Shown here piece after piece: positions 1 to 10,195 of a DNA stretch of 55,845 bases (position 1 is the stretch's first letter; each line of letters opens with the position of its first letter). This stretch comes from a virus (Duplodnaviria; Caudoviricetes): positions 1 to 55,845 of the IMG/VR virus record IMGVR_UViG_3300032235_000724, one strand, 5' to 3'. Under the pieces are notes generated by a model. It saw only the letters and a list, made by a program, of their open reading frames with translations, searched no databases and had not been told where the DNA came from. The position numbers and the translations under genes are program-made.

Positions 1-1
1 G

Positions 2-1036
2 TTCCCAATGTTTGGCGGATTCGACGGACTTGATATTAAAGAGGCAGAACCACTTGTTAACGAACGTCTATTAGCAGAACAAAGTGAAACAAGCGGACAT
101 GCATATCGCACAATCAAGCAAGCCCTTGAGATGACAAGAAACGTTGAAAGTATTGATATGAGCATACTTTGCGTTCCAGGGTTAAAGAAGGCTGATCTAA
201 CAAGTGCAATGATTGAAATCTGTGAATCACGCGGCGATTCAATCGCCCTAATCGATCTAGTTGGCGATTATCAACAGCCATATGAACTATATAGCGATAC
301 AGAAGGTAACACAACCGAGAGTATTGTAAACGGTCGTCCACGCTCGATTAAATCAGTTGTATCTAACTTAAAAGGTCGTTCAATCGATAGTAGCTACGGC
401 GCAGCATACTTCCCAGCTGTATTTTCACCAACAGAGGGGATCTTCCTACCAGCATCACTTGCAGCACTTGGAGCATTTGGTGGCACAGAAGGCCGTTCAG
501 CATTATGGTTTGCACCGGCAGGCTTTAATCGCGGTGGCTTAACAGAAGCAAACTCAGGCGTAAGCGTATCACGTGCAGCGCTAAGCCTAACCTCAACTGA
601 TCGCGATACACTATACGAAACAAACATCAATCCAATCGCTACATTCCCAGGCGAAGGCATTGTAATCTTTGGACAAAAGACACTAATGACCTCATCTGCT
701 ACAACAAGCGCACTTGATCGTATCAATGTTCGCCGCCTTATGAACTTCATCAAGAAGCAAATCAAGCGCGTAGCAGACCGCATCGTCTTTGAGCAAAACG
801 TCCCACAAACATGGGATCGCTTCAAGAATGTTGTAAATCCATTCCTTGCAGCAATCCGTAGCGGTAATGGCATTGAAGATGCTTATGTACAGCTTGACGA
901 AACAACAACAACACCAGATTATGTTGACCAGAATATCATGTATGCAAAAATATACGTAAAACCTGTTCACGCTATTGAGTATATCGCTATTGATTATGTT
1001 ATTACTCGTTCTGGCGCTTCATTTTTTGAACAATAA
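2..1036 (+). CDS. Contractile tail sheath protein, C-terminal part (5'-truncated by window)
   Basis: Sheath motifs WFAPAGFNRGGL, LYETNINPIATFPGEGIVIFGQKTL, ALDRINVRRL, IYVKPVHAIEYIAIDY; frame is open upstream of the ATG at 8. Confidence 0.93.
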   Translation, partial: FPMFGGFDGLDIKEAEPLVNERLLAEQSETSGHAYRTIKQALEMTRNVESIDMSILCVPGLKKADLTSAMIEICESRGDSIALIDLVGDYQQPYELYSDTEGNTTESIVNGRPRSIKSVVSNLKGRSIDSSYGAAYFPAVFSPTEGIFLPASLAALGAFGGTEGRSALWFAPAGFNRGGLTEANSGVSVSRAALSLTSTDRDTLYETNINPIATFPGEGIVIFGQKTLMTSSATTSALDRINVRRLMNFIKKQIKRVADRIVFEQNVPQTWDRFKNVVNPFLAAIRSGNGIEDAYVQLDETTTTPDYVDQNIMYAKIYVKPVHAIEYIAIDYVITRSGASFFEQ

Positions 1037-1060
1037 GATATAAAATAGGAGAATACAAAA

Positions 1061-1633
1061 ATGGCTTTCTGGAATGACACAAATTTAGATCCAAAGCGTA
1101 CATATAAGTTTTTAGTAAAGTTTGGAACTGCCGATACAGTCGGAAACAGAAATGTTCCAACGTTTCTTGCTCAAAAAGCAGACAGACCGGTATACACAAT
1201 CAGCGATAGCGCCAAGATTGATTTTCTTGAAAAGTCATTCTTTTTTCCTGGTAAGGTATCATGGAATACAGTAAAGATTGACTTCGTTGACGGCGCTACA
1301 GAAGGTACAAACGTCGCCAAAGCTTCATATGATTATCTAACAAACGCAGGATACATCGCAGCACCAGCTGTTTATACTGGCGGCGGTCAAGGAAGTTTTG
1401 GTACGCCAAATAAACAAGCTGCAACTGCCGGCTTAAGTGTTATTGTTGAGGGAATCGATTCAACCGGTGCAGTTATCGATACATGGACACTAAGAAATGC
1501 GTGGGTTAAAACGGTTGCATTAAATGGTTATGACTACACGGCAGAAAATATCATGACTGCCCAATATGAATTCCGTTATGATTGGGCAGAGCTTGGCACC
1601 TCCACTGTCGCAGGCGGACCAAGACCACAATAA
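1061..1633 (+). CDS. Tail tube protein (T4 gp19-like)
   Basis: Follows sheath; AGGAG RBS; PKRxxxF, FPGKVSWNTV, WTLRNAW, FRYDWA motifs. Confidence 0.88.
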   Translation: MAFWNDTNLDPKRTYKFLVKFGTADTVGNRNVPTFLAQKADRPVYTISDSAKIDFLEKSFFFPGKVSWNTVKIDFVDGATEGTNVAKASYDYLTNAGYIAAPAVYTGGGQGSFGTPNKQAATAGLSVIVEGIDSTGAVIDTWTLRNAWVKTVALNGYDYTAENIMTAQYEFRYDWAELGTSTVAGGPRPQ

Positions 1634-1655
1634 TAAGTAAACATTTTTTAACCAG

Positions 1656-1683
1656 CCTCTATATAGTATATAAACAATAGAGG
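1656..1683 (+). promoter_or_regulatory. Hairpin overlapping RBS, with putative late-promoter motif
   Basis: CCTCTAT (1656-1662) pairs with ATAGAGG (1677-1683); CTATATAGT at 1659. Confidence 0.4.
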
Positions 1684-1691
1684 GTATAAAA

Positions 1692-4283
1692 ATGGCATTT
1701 TGGGACAACCCAGCTGATTTTCTACCAAAACAGAAACATCGCTGGGTTGTTTCTTTTGGTAATAGCGATTTAAAAAATATCAGCGACCAAGGCAATAAGA
1801 TATATAATATAGCCGCAAAAAGCGTTGATCGCCCAAGCTATACAATAGGCAATGTTAAAACAAAATATGCTTATTCGCATACATTAAACTATCCTGGTAG
1901 GCTTGTTTGGAATCCAATAACTATTACGTTTAATGATATAATAATCAATAACTCTTCGCATACAGTTAAAGAACCAACAATAGAAATATTAGAACAAGGC
2001 AAAAAAGAGGGATCTTTTACTTCCAAACAAACAAGTACCGATATAGAAGATAACTCTATAAACCACTCAATACAAAACTTTTTTTATAGATTATTAAAAG
2101 AATCTGGCTATTCTGATATCGGAACGATAGAAACAGCATTTAGAAGATTCAACTTTAAAAAAACGTTTGTCGAATCTCTTGGGGATGTAGAAATTGCGGA
2201 ATATGATGGCGATGGGTTTAAGTCAGAATACTGGACTCTTTATAATACATATCCAACCGACGTAAAATCGGACACATTCAGCTACGGCTCAGATGAAATA
2301 ATGAGCATTACAGTAACGCTTGTCTATGATTATGCAAGACTTAGCTCTATAAGGTCACAAAGCAAGCCCCCGGAAGTAAAGTTACCAAAGCCAGCCAAGC
2401 AAGAAGGAAAATCTGAACTACCTCTTGTGACAGTAGAGAAAGCACAGACGCCGGATGAAATAAAAATAAAACAAGCAGAATTAACACTAAGGCTAATAGA
2501 ATCTGGGGCGGATGAGGCAACAAAGAAAAAAATAGAAGAACTAAGAAAAGATGGAATAAGCGCACAAGAAGCAAGTGATATATTAAAAGAATATACGCGT
2601 GAAGCAAGTTTAGCAAAAACTTTTATAGATAACGGAATAGAGCTTGATCAGCGGGAGCCAGCAACCACACCAGTGGTAGATAGTCAAGAAGCTGATGTGG
2701 CAGCAGAATTAGCAGCTGTTGATGGTGCGTTAGAAGCAGTTGAAGAGGCTGCGCTGGAGCCTCCCGCACAAGCAGATAAAAATACAGCCCTCGACTCAGC
2801 AAGAGCGCACTTAAACGAAGTATTGCAGGAATATCAAAAAAACGTTGTAGGCAAAATAGGGCAAGAATATATCGATGCGAGAGCTGAATACTCTCCTCAT
2901 TTAGAAGAAGCCGCAATGGCAGCAGCTATTGCCGCCGAAGCAGCTGGATTTAAGGACGCAAATAAATTATCGGAACTTGGGATAGCATCAGGTGCATTAA
3001 AAGCACTAACTGCTACCGCTGATGTTGATACATCTGTTAAGATTAACGCTGCCCCCGCTGCCCCCGCTGATTCTGGTGCATCTGTTGATGTTAATTCTGT
3101 CGAAGTTGTGTACTCGGCAACAGATAGGGCAGAAGGATTAGAGCCAAACGTCATAAGAGACTTTGCACCTGATCCTAACTATACAAGAGAAGACCTAGTT
3201 GTATTAAATGAGCAATACAAGAAAGCCTTAAAAGAAGGAACGCCGAAACAAGCAATTATATTTCAAGGAATGCAGGATTCTGCTGCCAAGAAAGGAACGC
3301 AGCTTGCATTAGATTATTTTAATATAAAGTTAGAACAAGAAGAATTAAATGCTACTCCACCTGGAACCGCACCAACCGGTAATCCTGCCTCTGGACTGGC
3401 AACCGATCTTCCCTCTGGTTCTATGGTTGAACTAGGACATGAATTTGATCATACCACAGTAGACGTACTCGATGGAACTAAAGCTGGAGACGTTACTCCC
3501 GCTGCCGTTCCTGTTGTTACCACTAACCCTTTTGCTGTCTCCGCCTTTGACGAAGGGCCAACTACAACTTTGTCGAAAGTTTTTAAAAGAGGTGGTTTTT
3601 ACGAAAAACCACAATATCTCTCAGATCAAGATTTTGCAAAACTAAGCACCGACGAAAGAGATTATTATAATGCATTATCAAAAAGAGTAAAAACGCTTAG
3701 CGAAAAAACATCCACCGTAGTGGACATGCCAGAAAACGCTGCTGTCGAGCCATTTAAAAGATTAAATGATTTTGTTGAAAGTCATAAAGCGCTCATTACA
3801 ACCAGCAACACAGCAACAGACACTAAGCCATCTGTAATAACACCACAATCACATAAAACCGACGATAAACCATGGTATACTGCTGTTGGCGATGCACTTA
3901 GTTCAGCGGGAGGTTCAATTGCAGATTTATTTAGCTGGGGAGGTAGTAAAGCAGCGGCTTCTGAACCAGATTTTAGTGACGTAAGAACCGGACATCCAAG
4001 AGTAGAAGTTGCAGAAAGCAGTGGAAAAAGACGTTTTACAGTGATAATACCAGAATCAAATATATCATCTCTTAACTTAAAAACAAACGCAGAAGAAGCT
4101 AGAGCGCGGAATGCCTTATCGGATTATTATGGTACTGTGCAAACATCAACAACGCAAGAGGGAAGTAGAACTACGAAAACACAACGTTCTCAGGCACAAA
4201 TCCCAGGTCTAAGTACAACAAAAATAGAGTATAAAGCAAGTAAAGGTAAAAAATACGCGATTGTCACATTGCAAGAAATCTAA
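1692..4283 (+). CDS. Tail-tube-like domain (about 217 aa) fused to a roughly 650-aa low-complexity extension
   Basis: N-terminus paralogous to tube gene (MAFW..PK..W, YPGRLVWNPITITF, WTLYNTYP, LVYDYA); remainder Ala/Glu/Pro/Thr-rich. Confidence 0.75.
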   Translation: MAFWDNPADFLPKQKHRWVVSFGNSDLKNISDQGNKIYNIAAKSVDRPSYTIGNVKTKYAYSHTLNYPGRLVWNPITITFNDIIINNSSHTVKEPTIEILEQGKKEGSFTSKQTSTDIEDNSINHSIQNFFYRLLKESGYSDIGTIETAFRRFNFKKTFVESLGDVEIAEYDGDGFKSEYWTLYNTYPTDVKSDTFSYGSDEIMSITVTLVYDYARLSSIRSQSKPPEVKLPKPAKQEGKSELPLVTVEKAQTPDEIKIKQAELTLRLIESGADEATKKKIEELRKDGISAQEASDILKEYTREASLAKTFIDNGIELDQREPATTPVVDSQEADVAAELAAVDGALEAVEEAALEPPAQADKNTALDSARAHLNEVLQEYQKNVVGKIGQEYIDARAEYSPHLEEAAMAAAIAAEAAGFKDANKLSELGIASGALKALTATADVDTSVKINAAPAAPADSGASVDVNSVEVVYSATDRAEGLEPNVIRDFAPDPNYTREDLVVLNEQYKKALKEGTPKQAIIFQGMQDSAAKKGTQLALDYFNIKLEQEELNATPPGTAPTGNPASGLATDLPSGSMVELGHEFDHTTVDVLDGTKAGDVTPAAVPVVTTNPFAVSAFDEGPTTTLSKVFKRGGFYEKPQYLSDQDFAKLSTDERDYYNALSKRVKTLSEKTSTVVDMPENAAVEPFKRLNDFVESHKALITTSNTATDTKPSVITPQSHKTDDKPWYTAVGDALSSAGGSIADLFSWGGSKAAASEPDFSDVRTGHPRVEVAESSGKRRFTVIIPESNISSLNLKTNAEEARARNALSDYYGTVQTSTTQEGSRTTKTQRSQAQIPGLSTTKIEYKASKGKKYAIVTLQEI

Positions 4284-4304
4284 TAAATAAGAAAGTAGGA
4301 CAAA

Positions 4305-5189
4305 ATGAAAAATAATTTTGAAGAACGTTTTGAGAAACTAAAAGCACAAGCAAGCCAGGTTACGCCAGAAATACAACAGGAAATAAAAAACGGAAATGGC
4401 TTAAGCTTCGTTGTACCAACAGAATTGGTTGATCTACCATCAAAAGGCAGATACTACCCAGAAGGCCATCCCCTTAAAGACAAACTAAGCGTTGAAATAC
4501 GCGAGATGACCGCAAAAGAGGAAGATATTCTTACAAACAAGAGCTTTATTAAAAAAGGCCTTGTTATTGATAAACTAGTAGAATCGATTATAGTCGATAG
4601 AAGCTTAGATCCCGAATCTATACTTGTTGGTGACCGTATTGCTATTGTTATAGCAGCCCGTGCGTCAGCGTATGGAGCAAGCTATAGGGTAAACTGTTTT
4701 TGCCAAGCATGTGCTGCAAAGAATACAAAAACAATAGACCTTCACGATGCAGCAGTTACAGACGCAGATATGTTAGAAAATATGATAACAGGCCATGAAC
4801 CGGCTAAATATCAACGGTTACCAGGCGGTAGTATACTTTTTGAAGCACCAAAGTCGGGATGGCTTGTTGAATGCCGCCTTCTAACAGGGCGTGATGAAAA
4901 AACGCTTGTAAACTATGTCGAAGCAAAAAGAAGCAAGAATCCTGATTATGAAATATCAATAACAGAACAGCTATTTACAATAGTGGATTCAATAAACGGG
5001 ATATCAGATAAAACTATATTAGCACAGGCATTACAAAGCATGCCAGCGTTTGATGCAAAGTTTATAAGAACAGAATATCAAAAGCTAATACCAAATATAA
5101 AGCTAATGTGTAAGTTTAAATGTTCGTCATGCCAATCCGAACAAGAAAGTGAGGTTCCTTTTACAGAGGAATTTTTTTGGCCTAAGTGA
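4305..5189 (+). CDS. Baseplate hub / tail assembly chaperone (T4 gp26-like)
   Basis: VPTELVDLPSKGRYYP, IREMTAKEEDIL, two CxxC motifs, C-terminal FFWP; upstream of tape measure. Confidence 0.75.
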   Translation: MKNNFEERFEKLKAQASQVTPEIQQEIKNGNGLSFVVPTELVDLPSKGRYYPEGHPLKDKLSVEIREMTAKEEDILTNKSFIKKGLVIDKLVESIIVDRSLDPESILVGDRIAIVIAARASAYGASYRVNCFCQACAAKNTKTIDLHDAAVTDADMLENMITGHEPAKYQRLPGGSILFEAPKSGWLVECRLLTGRDEKTLVNYVEAKRSKNPDYEISITEQLFTIVDSINGISDKTILAQALQSMPAFDAKFIRTEYQKLIPNIKLMCKFKCSSCQSEQESEVPFTEEFFWPK

Positions 5190-5352
5190 TGAGTATAGCG
5201 AAAGCCTGTACGAGCAGATATTTAATCTTAAATATTATGGTGGCTGGAGTCTTATAGAACTCTATAACTTACCAATACGTCTACGGGGCTGGTTTGCTAA
5301 AAAACTACTGGAACGTATAAAAGAAGAAGCAGAAGCCAGTAAAGGCAAATAA
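5149..5352 (+). CDS. Second tail chaperone segment (gp51/gpT-like), probably expressed by frameshift
   Basis: Overlaps upstream gene in the +1 frame, no ATG, contains LKYYGGWSLIELYNLPIRLRGWF; T7 run at 5172-5178. Confidence 0.65.
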   Translation: MRFLLQRNFFGLSDEYSESLYEQIFNLKYYGGWSLIELYNLPIRLRGWFAKKLLERIKEEAEASKGK

Positions 5353-5354
5353 AT

Positions 5355-5378
5355 AAAAGCGGGGTCACACCCGCTTTT
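5355..5378 (+). terminator. Rho-independent terminator (possibly bidirectional)
   Basis: AAAAGCGGG-gtcaca-CCCGCTTTT. Confidence 0.7.
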
Positions 5379-5419
5379 ATATTATGGATATATTTATATT
5401 AACATGAGGGCCGTATAAC

Positions 5420-8400
5420 ATGAATTCTGGCAGTCTAGATCCGCAAGTATTGTTGCTACGCGATAAAATAAGCAGCCTTGAGCAGCTTATGAAACAGCAA
5501 ACTGTTGCGCAAGCAACTGTATCAATAAATGAACTCTTAGCTCAAATGGAGTTATTAAAAAATACCTTTATTGATGATATGAGTGCAATAAAAGACGGAG
5601 GCAATGAGACTCTTAAACAGTTCTCGGACAATCTAGAAGTTAAGCTAAAAGACATCGATACAAAGTTAGCCGCCAATCAAAAAAAGCTAAAAGAAGATAC
5701 AGAAAAATTTGCTACAAATGCAGCGGCAATCTATGGATTATCTGCAAAAAATCTTGAGAAATTCCAAGAGCTTATGACTAAGAAAGTCAAAGCAACCGGA
5801 GATGACATCAAAAAAGCAGATGATGAACTGCAGGCATTTGTAAGAACAAACCTAGCAAACATTGGTAGCAACTTTGATGAATATAAAGAAAGATACAGTG
5901 AAACACTTAAGAGCATAATAAGCTCTACACCAGAAGCATGGAAAAATTTAGACCAGTTTGGCGAAGAGGTAAAAAAAGCATTATTGCAAATAAAGCCAGG
6001 TATGGCGTCTGCCAAAGATTTAGAAGAGGCACTTAAATCCCTAAATATTACAGAAGACATGGTACGCCAAAACCAAGCAAAGTTTGGCGAATCGCTTATC
6101 AATACAACAACGGCAATAAATAATCAAGGCAAGGCAATAGATTATTTAATAGACCAGCAAACAAAACTGAAAGAAGCTGGAGATAAAGTAAAGGAAAATG
6201 GCGAAGCTCAAGAAGCCGGCTTTAATGATATGACCGCTGCATTTCGTCGCTATGCAGATGTTCTTGGTAATGAACAACCAACCTTGCTTGGAGGCATATT
6301 AAAAAGCACATTATCGATAGCCCGAGAAAAAAACACATTATCAGACTTCTTCTCGTCCGTTGGCAAAGGCATCGGCAGCGTTGCGGCAGATATGTTTAGC
6401 TACGAAAAAATGATTGATCGTACAATCGGTTTTGTTGTTAAACGCGTTTATGAATCAACATTTGAAATGGCAAAGGCATTTGCAAGGCTAAACGAAACAA
6501 CGGGCGGTTTCGGACTTGAAGCAAAAAGTGCCTCTATGAGTAAATCTTTTCTTGGATTAAGTGGATTTAATGGCGCGCAACTTGCCATGTATGGCGTCAC
6601 GCTAGAGAAATTTGGCGAGGCATATGGCTCGCTAGCAAATACAATAGGTGGCTTTAATGATATGATGGATGAGCAGCGATTAATACTTGCTGCAAACGCA
6701 TCAGCACTAAAAAGTTTAGGCGTAAACGCAGAAACATATGGGAAGATAACTGCAAACCTCATGGGTACTGCTGGCAAGAGCGCATTGGATTCCCGTGATG
6801 CAATAGAGGGTCTTGCTCGTGACGCTATTGCGCTTGGTAAAAATGTTGGGCAATACCTAAATGAGTTTTCGTCAGGTCTATCAAAGATAAGTGGTTATGG
6901 TCGCGAAGCAACGCAGATATTTAAAGAACTAAATGGTCTTGTGCAGGCAACAAAAGGTGTTCTTACAACCGGCGACCTTGTTAGTTTTGCAGACCAGTTT
7001 AATACATTTGATACGGCAGCCGAATCGGTTTCTAAGTTAAACGCCATGCTTGGCGGAACATCAATAAATATTCTTGAAATGATGAAAGCCGATCCAACAG
7101 AAAAGTTGATGATGATCAAGCGTGCAGCTAACGATGCAAACCTTGAGTTTGATAAGTTAAATGTTGGCTATAAGCGTCTGCTTGCAGAATCATTTGGTGG
7201 CGATATGCAAAAAGCCGCTGCATTCTATAAAATGGATATGTCTGAGGCTTTGGATTATATGGAGCGCGCACAAGCCTCAGAAGAGGAGCTTGAAAAGCGT
7301 AAGCGCGCAAGTATAACAGCACAGGAGAGATTAAATACCGCTCTTGATAGCATGAAAGTAATGTTTACACCTATATTAGACTTTTTTAATCTTATAGCAA
7401 AAGGTATATTAAAACTTGAAAAAGGTATAGGTGTATTGCCAACAGTTGGTTTAGTATTCACAGGGATGCTTGTTGCTGCAACGGTTGCGTGGAATAGTTT
7501 CAAAGTCTCAGCGGTACAAGCGGTAAATCAAATCGCCGTTGCATTTGGTATGGCAAATGGTAATATAAATGTAGCGAATGGTGGAGTCGCAAGGTTCTTG
7601 GCGGAACTAAGAGCAGCATCAAGTCAAACAGCTATACTTAATAAAGAACTAACAATGACCTCTGGTCTAACAAAAACAGTTGGATTAAATGCTGGAGCGG
7701 GAAAGTTTGCTGGTCTTGGTGGTGCTGGAAAAATTGCCGGTATTGCGCTTGGGGTTGGCATGCTTGCCTCAATGGCAAATACGGCAACAGAATCTTCTAC
7801 TGCATACGACCACATGGAAGCAGGCGTTATTGGACCAGACGGCAAGGTACACAACACATCAAATAACTTTATCTATAAAGATGGTAAAATAACAACATTT
7901 AGCCCTCTTGATTCAGTCGGAGCAGCAAAACCAGGCGAAAGAGCAGTACTTGAGCCTGGATCTAAAGAATCTATCTTTTCATCTGTTTCAAACTTTACAA
8001 CGGAAAAAACAACAAATGCTTCAAAATATGGATCGGGTCCACAACTAACTCCAAATTTTGGCTTTGGTAACCTATTTAGTTCACTAGAAACAGGTATCAA
8101 GAGCATAGGAACAAATATTAATAGTGGCATGTCGGATGGCATGAAAAAACTAGCTCCAACCCTTGCAATGAAAGAAGATATAAGTATCCTTAACGCAGAA
8201 AAAAATATAAAGAGCGAAAACTTTATATCAAAAGAAATAGATAGAGCCTTGACCGTAGAGGGTACAAAACTAGAGTCTAAGTTTGAAAAAGAAAGTAGTA
8301 TTAAGAGTGAAAGAAACACCGGCCAAGAATTGCAGAGATTAAGTCAAGAAATACAGCGCACAAACACACAAAAAGAAACAGAAAAGCAATCAACGTTTGC

Positions 8401-8584
8401 GCAAACGATATCGGACAAGATGTCGGAAACAATAATCAATAATAAAACAGAACAACAGCCTCTTGCGGTTAATGCAACATTCCAGATGGACGGTAAACAG
8501 TTTGCGCAGCACGTTGTAACCAAGCACGGTGATATCTTAGCAGAAGATACAGCAAGACGCTGGCTAACAAATGGTATGGGATAA
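5420..8584 (+). CDS. Tape measure protein
   Basis: 1054 aa, helical/coiled-coil composition, hydrophobic Gly/Ala-rich segments, position after chaperones. Confidence 0.85.
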   Translation: MNSGSLDPQVLLLRDKISSLEQLMKQQTVAQATVSINELLAQMELLKNTFIDDMSAIKDGGNETLKQFSDNLEVKLKDIDTKLAANQKKLKEDTEKFATNAAAIYGLSAKNLEKFQELMTKKVKATGDDIKKADDELQAFVRTNLANIGSNFDEYKERYSETLKSIISSTPEAWKNLDQFGEEVKKALLQIKPGMASAKDLEEALKSLNITEDMVRQNQAKFGESLINTTTAINNQGKAIDYLIDQQTKLKEAGDKVKENGEAQEAGFNDMTAAFRRYADVLGNEQPTLLGGILKSTLSIAREKNTLSDFFSSVGKGIGSVAADMFSYEKMIDRTIGFVVKRVYESTFEMAKAFARLNETTGGFGLEAKSASMSKSFLGLSGFNGAQLAMYGVTLEKFGEAYGSLANTIGGFNDMMDEQRLILAANASALKSLGVNAETYGKITANLMGTAGKSALDSRDAIEGLARDAIALGKNVGQYLNEFSSGLSKISGYGREATQIFKELNGLVQATKGVLTTGDLVSFADQFNTFDTAAESVSKLNAMLGGTSINILEMMKADPTEKLMMIKRAANDANLEFDKLNVGYKRLLAESFGGDMQKAAAFYKMDMSEALDYMERAQASEEELEKRKRASITAQERLNTALDSMKVMFTPILDFFNLIAKGILKLEKGIGVLPTVGLVFTGMLVAATVAWNSFKVSAVQAVNQIAVAFGMANGNINVANGGVARFLAELRAASSQTAILNKELTMTSGLTKTVGLNAGAGKFAGLGGAGKIAGIALGVGMLASMANTATESSTAYDHMEAGVIGPDGKVHNTSNNFIYKDGKITTFSPLDSVGAAKPGERAVLEPGSKESIFSSVSNFTTEKTTNASKYGSGPQLTPNFGFGNLFSSLETGIKSIGTNINSGMSDGMKKLAPTLAMKEDISILNAEKNIKSENFISKEIDRALTVEGTKLESKFEKESSIKSERNTGQELQRLSQEIQRTNTQKETEKQSTFAQTISDKMSETIINNKTEQQPLAVNATFQMDGKQFAQHVVTKHGDILAEDTARRWLTNGMG

Positions 8585-8587
8585 AAT

Positions 8588-9850
8588 ATGAGTTTTGCAA
8601 ATATAGATGATGGCGCGTATGATGATTTAAAAATAATAATAAGAGACGAAACACCGCAAGGTTTAGCAAAAGCTAAATTAGGCCCTGACTTAAAATTTAA
8701 AGCATTATTAGAGAATCATAGCGTTGGTGTTCAACTAAAGGAGCAAAACCTATCTTTTACTCCCTTAAGTTTCGTAAACGATAAAGTTGCAACTCGTACA
8801 ACATACTCTATTAAGCTAAAATTTAATGTTTTTTCTGAAAATAGCGAAGATTGCTTTACAAATTATGCAAATTTGCATAATTTGCTTTATACAATAAAAC
8901 CAAAATTTATATTTACAAACGAGCAATATTTACCCGTAACGCAAAATAATACAGGCTTGATAACTATTAAGTTTAAAGGCTTACCGGCATTACGTAGCCT
9001 GACGAACAAACGACTTCCATATCTCGACCCCGCGGATCGGCTAACTATTCATTTAACTTCTTTTTCTTTTGATATAAATAACGAAATGGGATACTATAAT
9101 GCTCCATTTGGAAAAGATAAAATCAAAGATGAAGGTGACATGTATTTTGGAGAGGAAAATTATGTAATAAATGATGGTACAAATAACAGTCGCCTTGTGC
9201 CAATTGGTTATAGTTTAAATATAGAAGGAAATGTATTATTGCCATTTGAAGACACGGTTCGAATAGAGACCAGTAGTAGGGAAAGATATATGGAAACAGG
9301 AAGATCGACTGTTGCGCCACTCGATGACAGCGGAGAAACACCTTTCTGGAAAGGGCCTGGCGTTTTTGATTGGGTAAGAGACGGAAGTGCAACCGGAGAT
9401 GTTCCCGCTCTAAGACGAGTAGACGGCACTTGGACCGAACCAGACATGAGTGACGCTACAAAAATGGCTGATGCAGCAAAAACAATGACAGGCAGAGATG
9501 GAGTCCCCCTCGACCTTAAGCAGGGTCGAGGCAATACAACTCCTCTTGCCGAACAAGTTATCTCATCGCAAAGACTGGAGCGCTTTAAACTATATATTCA
9601 ATCAATAGAACCAGATATAAACATCGAAGAATATATTGCACGCGCAAATGGTAGCGAAATAAGCCAAAGCTTAAGACAATACGAGAATAGAGTAAGGCTT
9701 TTTCCTCAAGAATTCAACGATGATGGAACTTTTAAAGCAGATGTAATTTTAGATTCCGATGAATCTTGGTGGCATAGAGTTGAGAGAGAAAGATGGAGTC
9801 TTAGACGTAAATTGCTTAACGCTGCACGCAGATTTATAGATCTTTTTTAA
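8588..9850 (+). CDS. Putative baseplate / tube-initiator protein
   Basis: Between tape measure and LysM-like gene; beta-rich N-terminal half; no specific family recognised. Confidence 0.45.
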   Translation: MSFANIDDGAYDDLKIIIRDETPQGLAKAKLGPDLKFKALLENHSVGVQLKEQNLSFTPLSFVNDKVATRTTYSIKLKFNVFSENSEDCFTNYANLHNLLYTIKPKFIFTNEQYLPVTQNNTGLITIKFKGLPALRSLTNKRLPYLDPADRLTIHLTSFSFDINNEMGYYNAPFGKDKIKDEGDMYFGEENYVINDGTNNSRLVPIGYSLNIEGNVLLPFEDTVRIETSSRERYMETGRSTVAPLDDSGETPFWKGPGVFDWVRDGSATGDVPALRRVDGTWTEPDMSDATKMADAAKTMTGRDGVPLDLKQGRGNTTPLAEQVISSQRLERFKLYIQSIEPDINIEEYIARANGSEISQSLRQYENRVRLFPQEFNDDGTFKADVILDSDESWWHRVERERWSLRRKLLNAARRFIDLF

Positions 9851-9862
9851 TAGAGATAAATA

Positions 9863-10195
9863 ATGCATAATAGATACCTAAAATCACAAAAAATAATAAA
9901 TAATTCACAGGATTATCAGGAGTTATTTGATAGAAAAAAAATAAACTATATATTACAAAACTCTACTTTTGATTTCGGTAGACTTCGAGAAGTACCATAT
10001 TTAAATTTTGATAAACTGACGCATGTTGTTGGCCCACACGAAAGACTTGATCAGATATCTAGTAAATATTATGGTTCACCGGAATATGGTTGGGTTATAT
10101 TATTTTTAAATATGTATCGAAGTGAGTTTGAAATACAAACTGGAGACTTATTAGATATTTATATGCCTATTTCTGGTATATTGGAATTATTATGA
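9863..10195 (+). CDS. LysM-like baseplate wedge protein (gp53/gpX-like)
   Basis: HVVGPHERLDQISSKYYGSPEYGWVILFLN...GDLLDIY pattern. Confidence 0.8.
   Translation: MHNRYLKSQKIINNSQDYQELFDRKKINYILQNSTFDFGRLREVPYLNFDKLTHVVGPHERLDQISSKYYGSPEYGWVILFLNMYRSEFEIQTGDLLDIYMPISGILELL

Noticed and set aside
3048-3069. Short tandem repeat GCTGCCCCC
   Set aside because: Only about 2.4 copies encoding AAPAAPA in a low-complexity linker.
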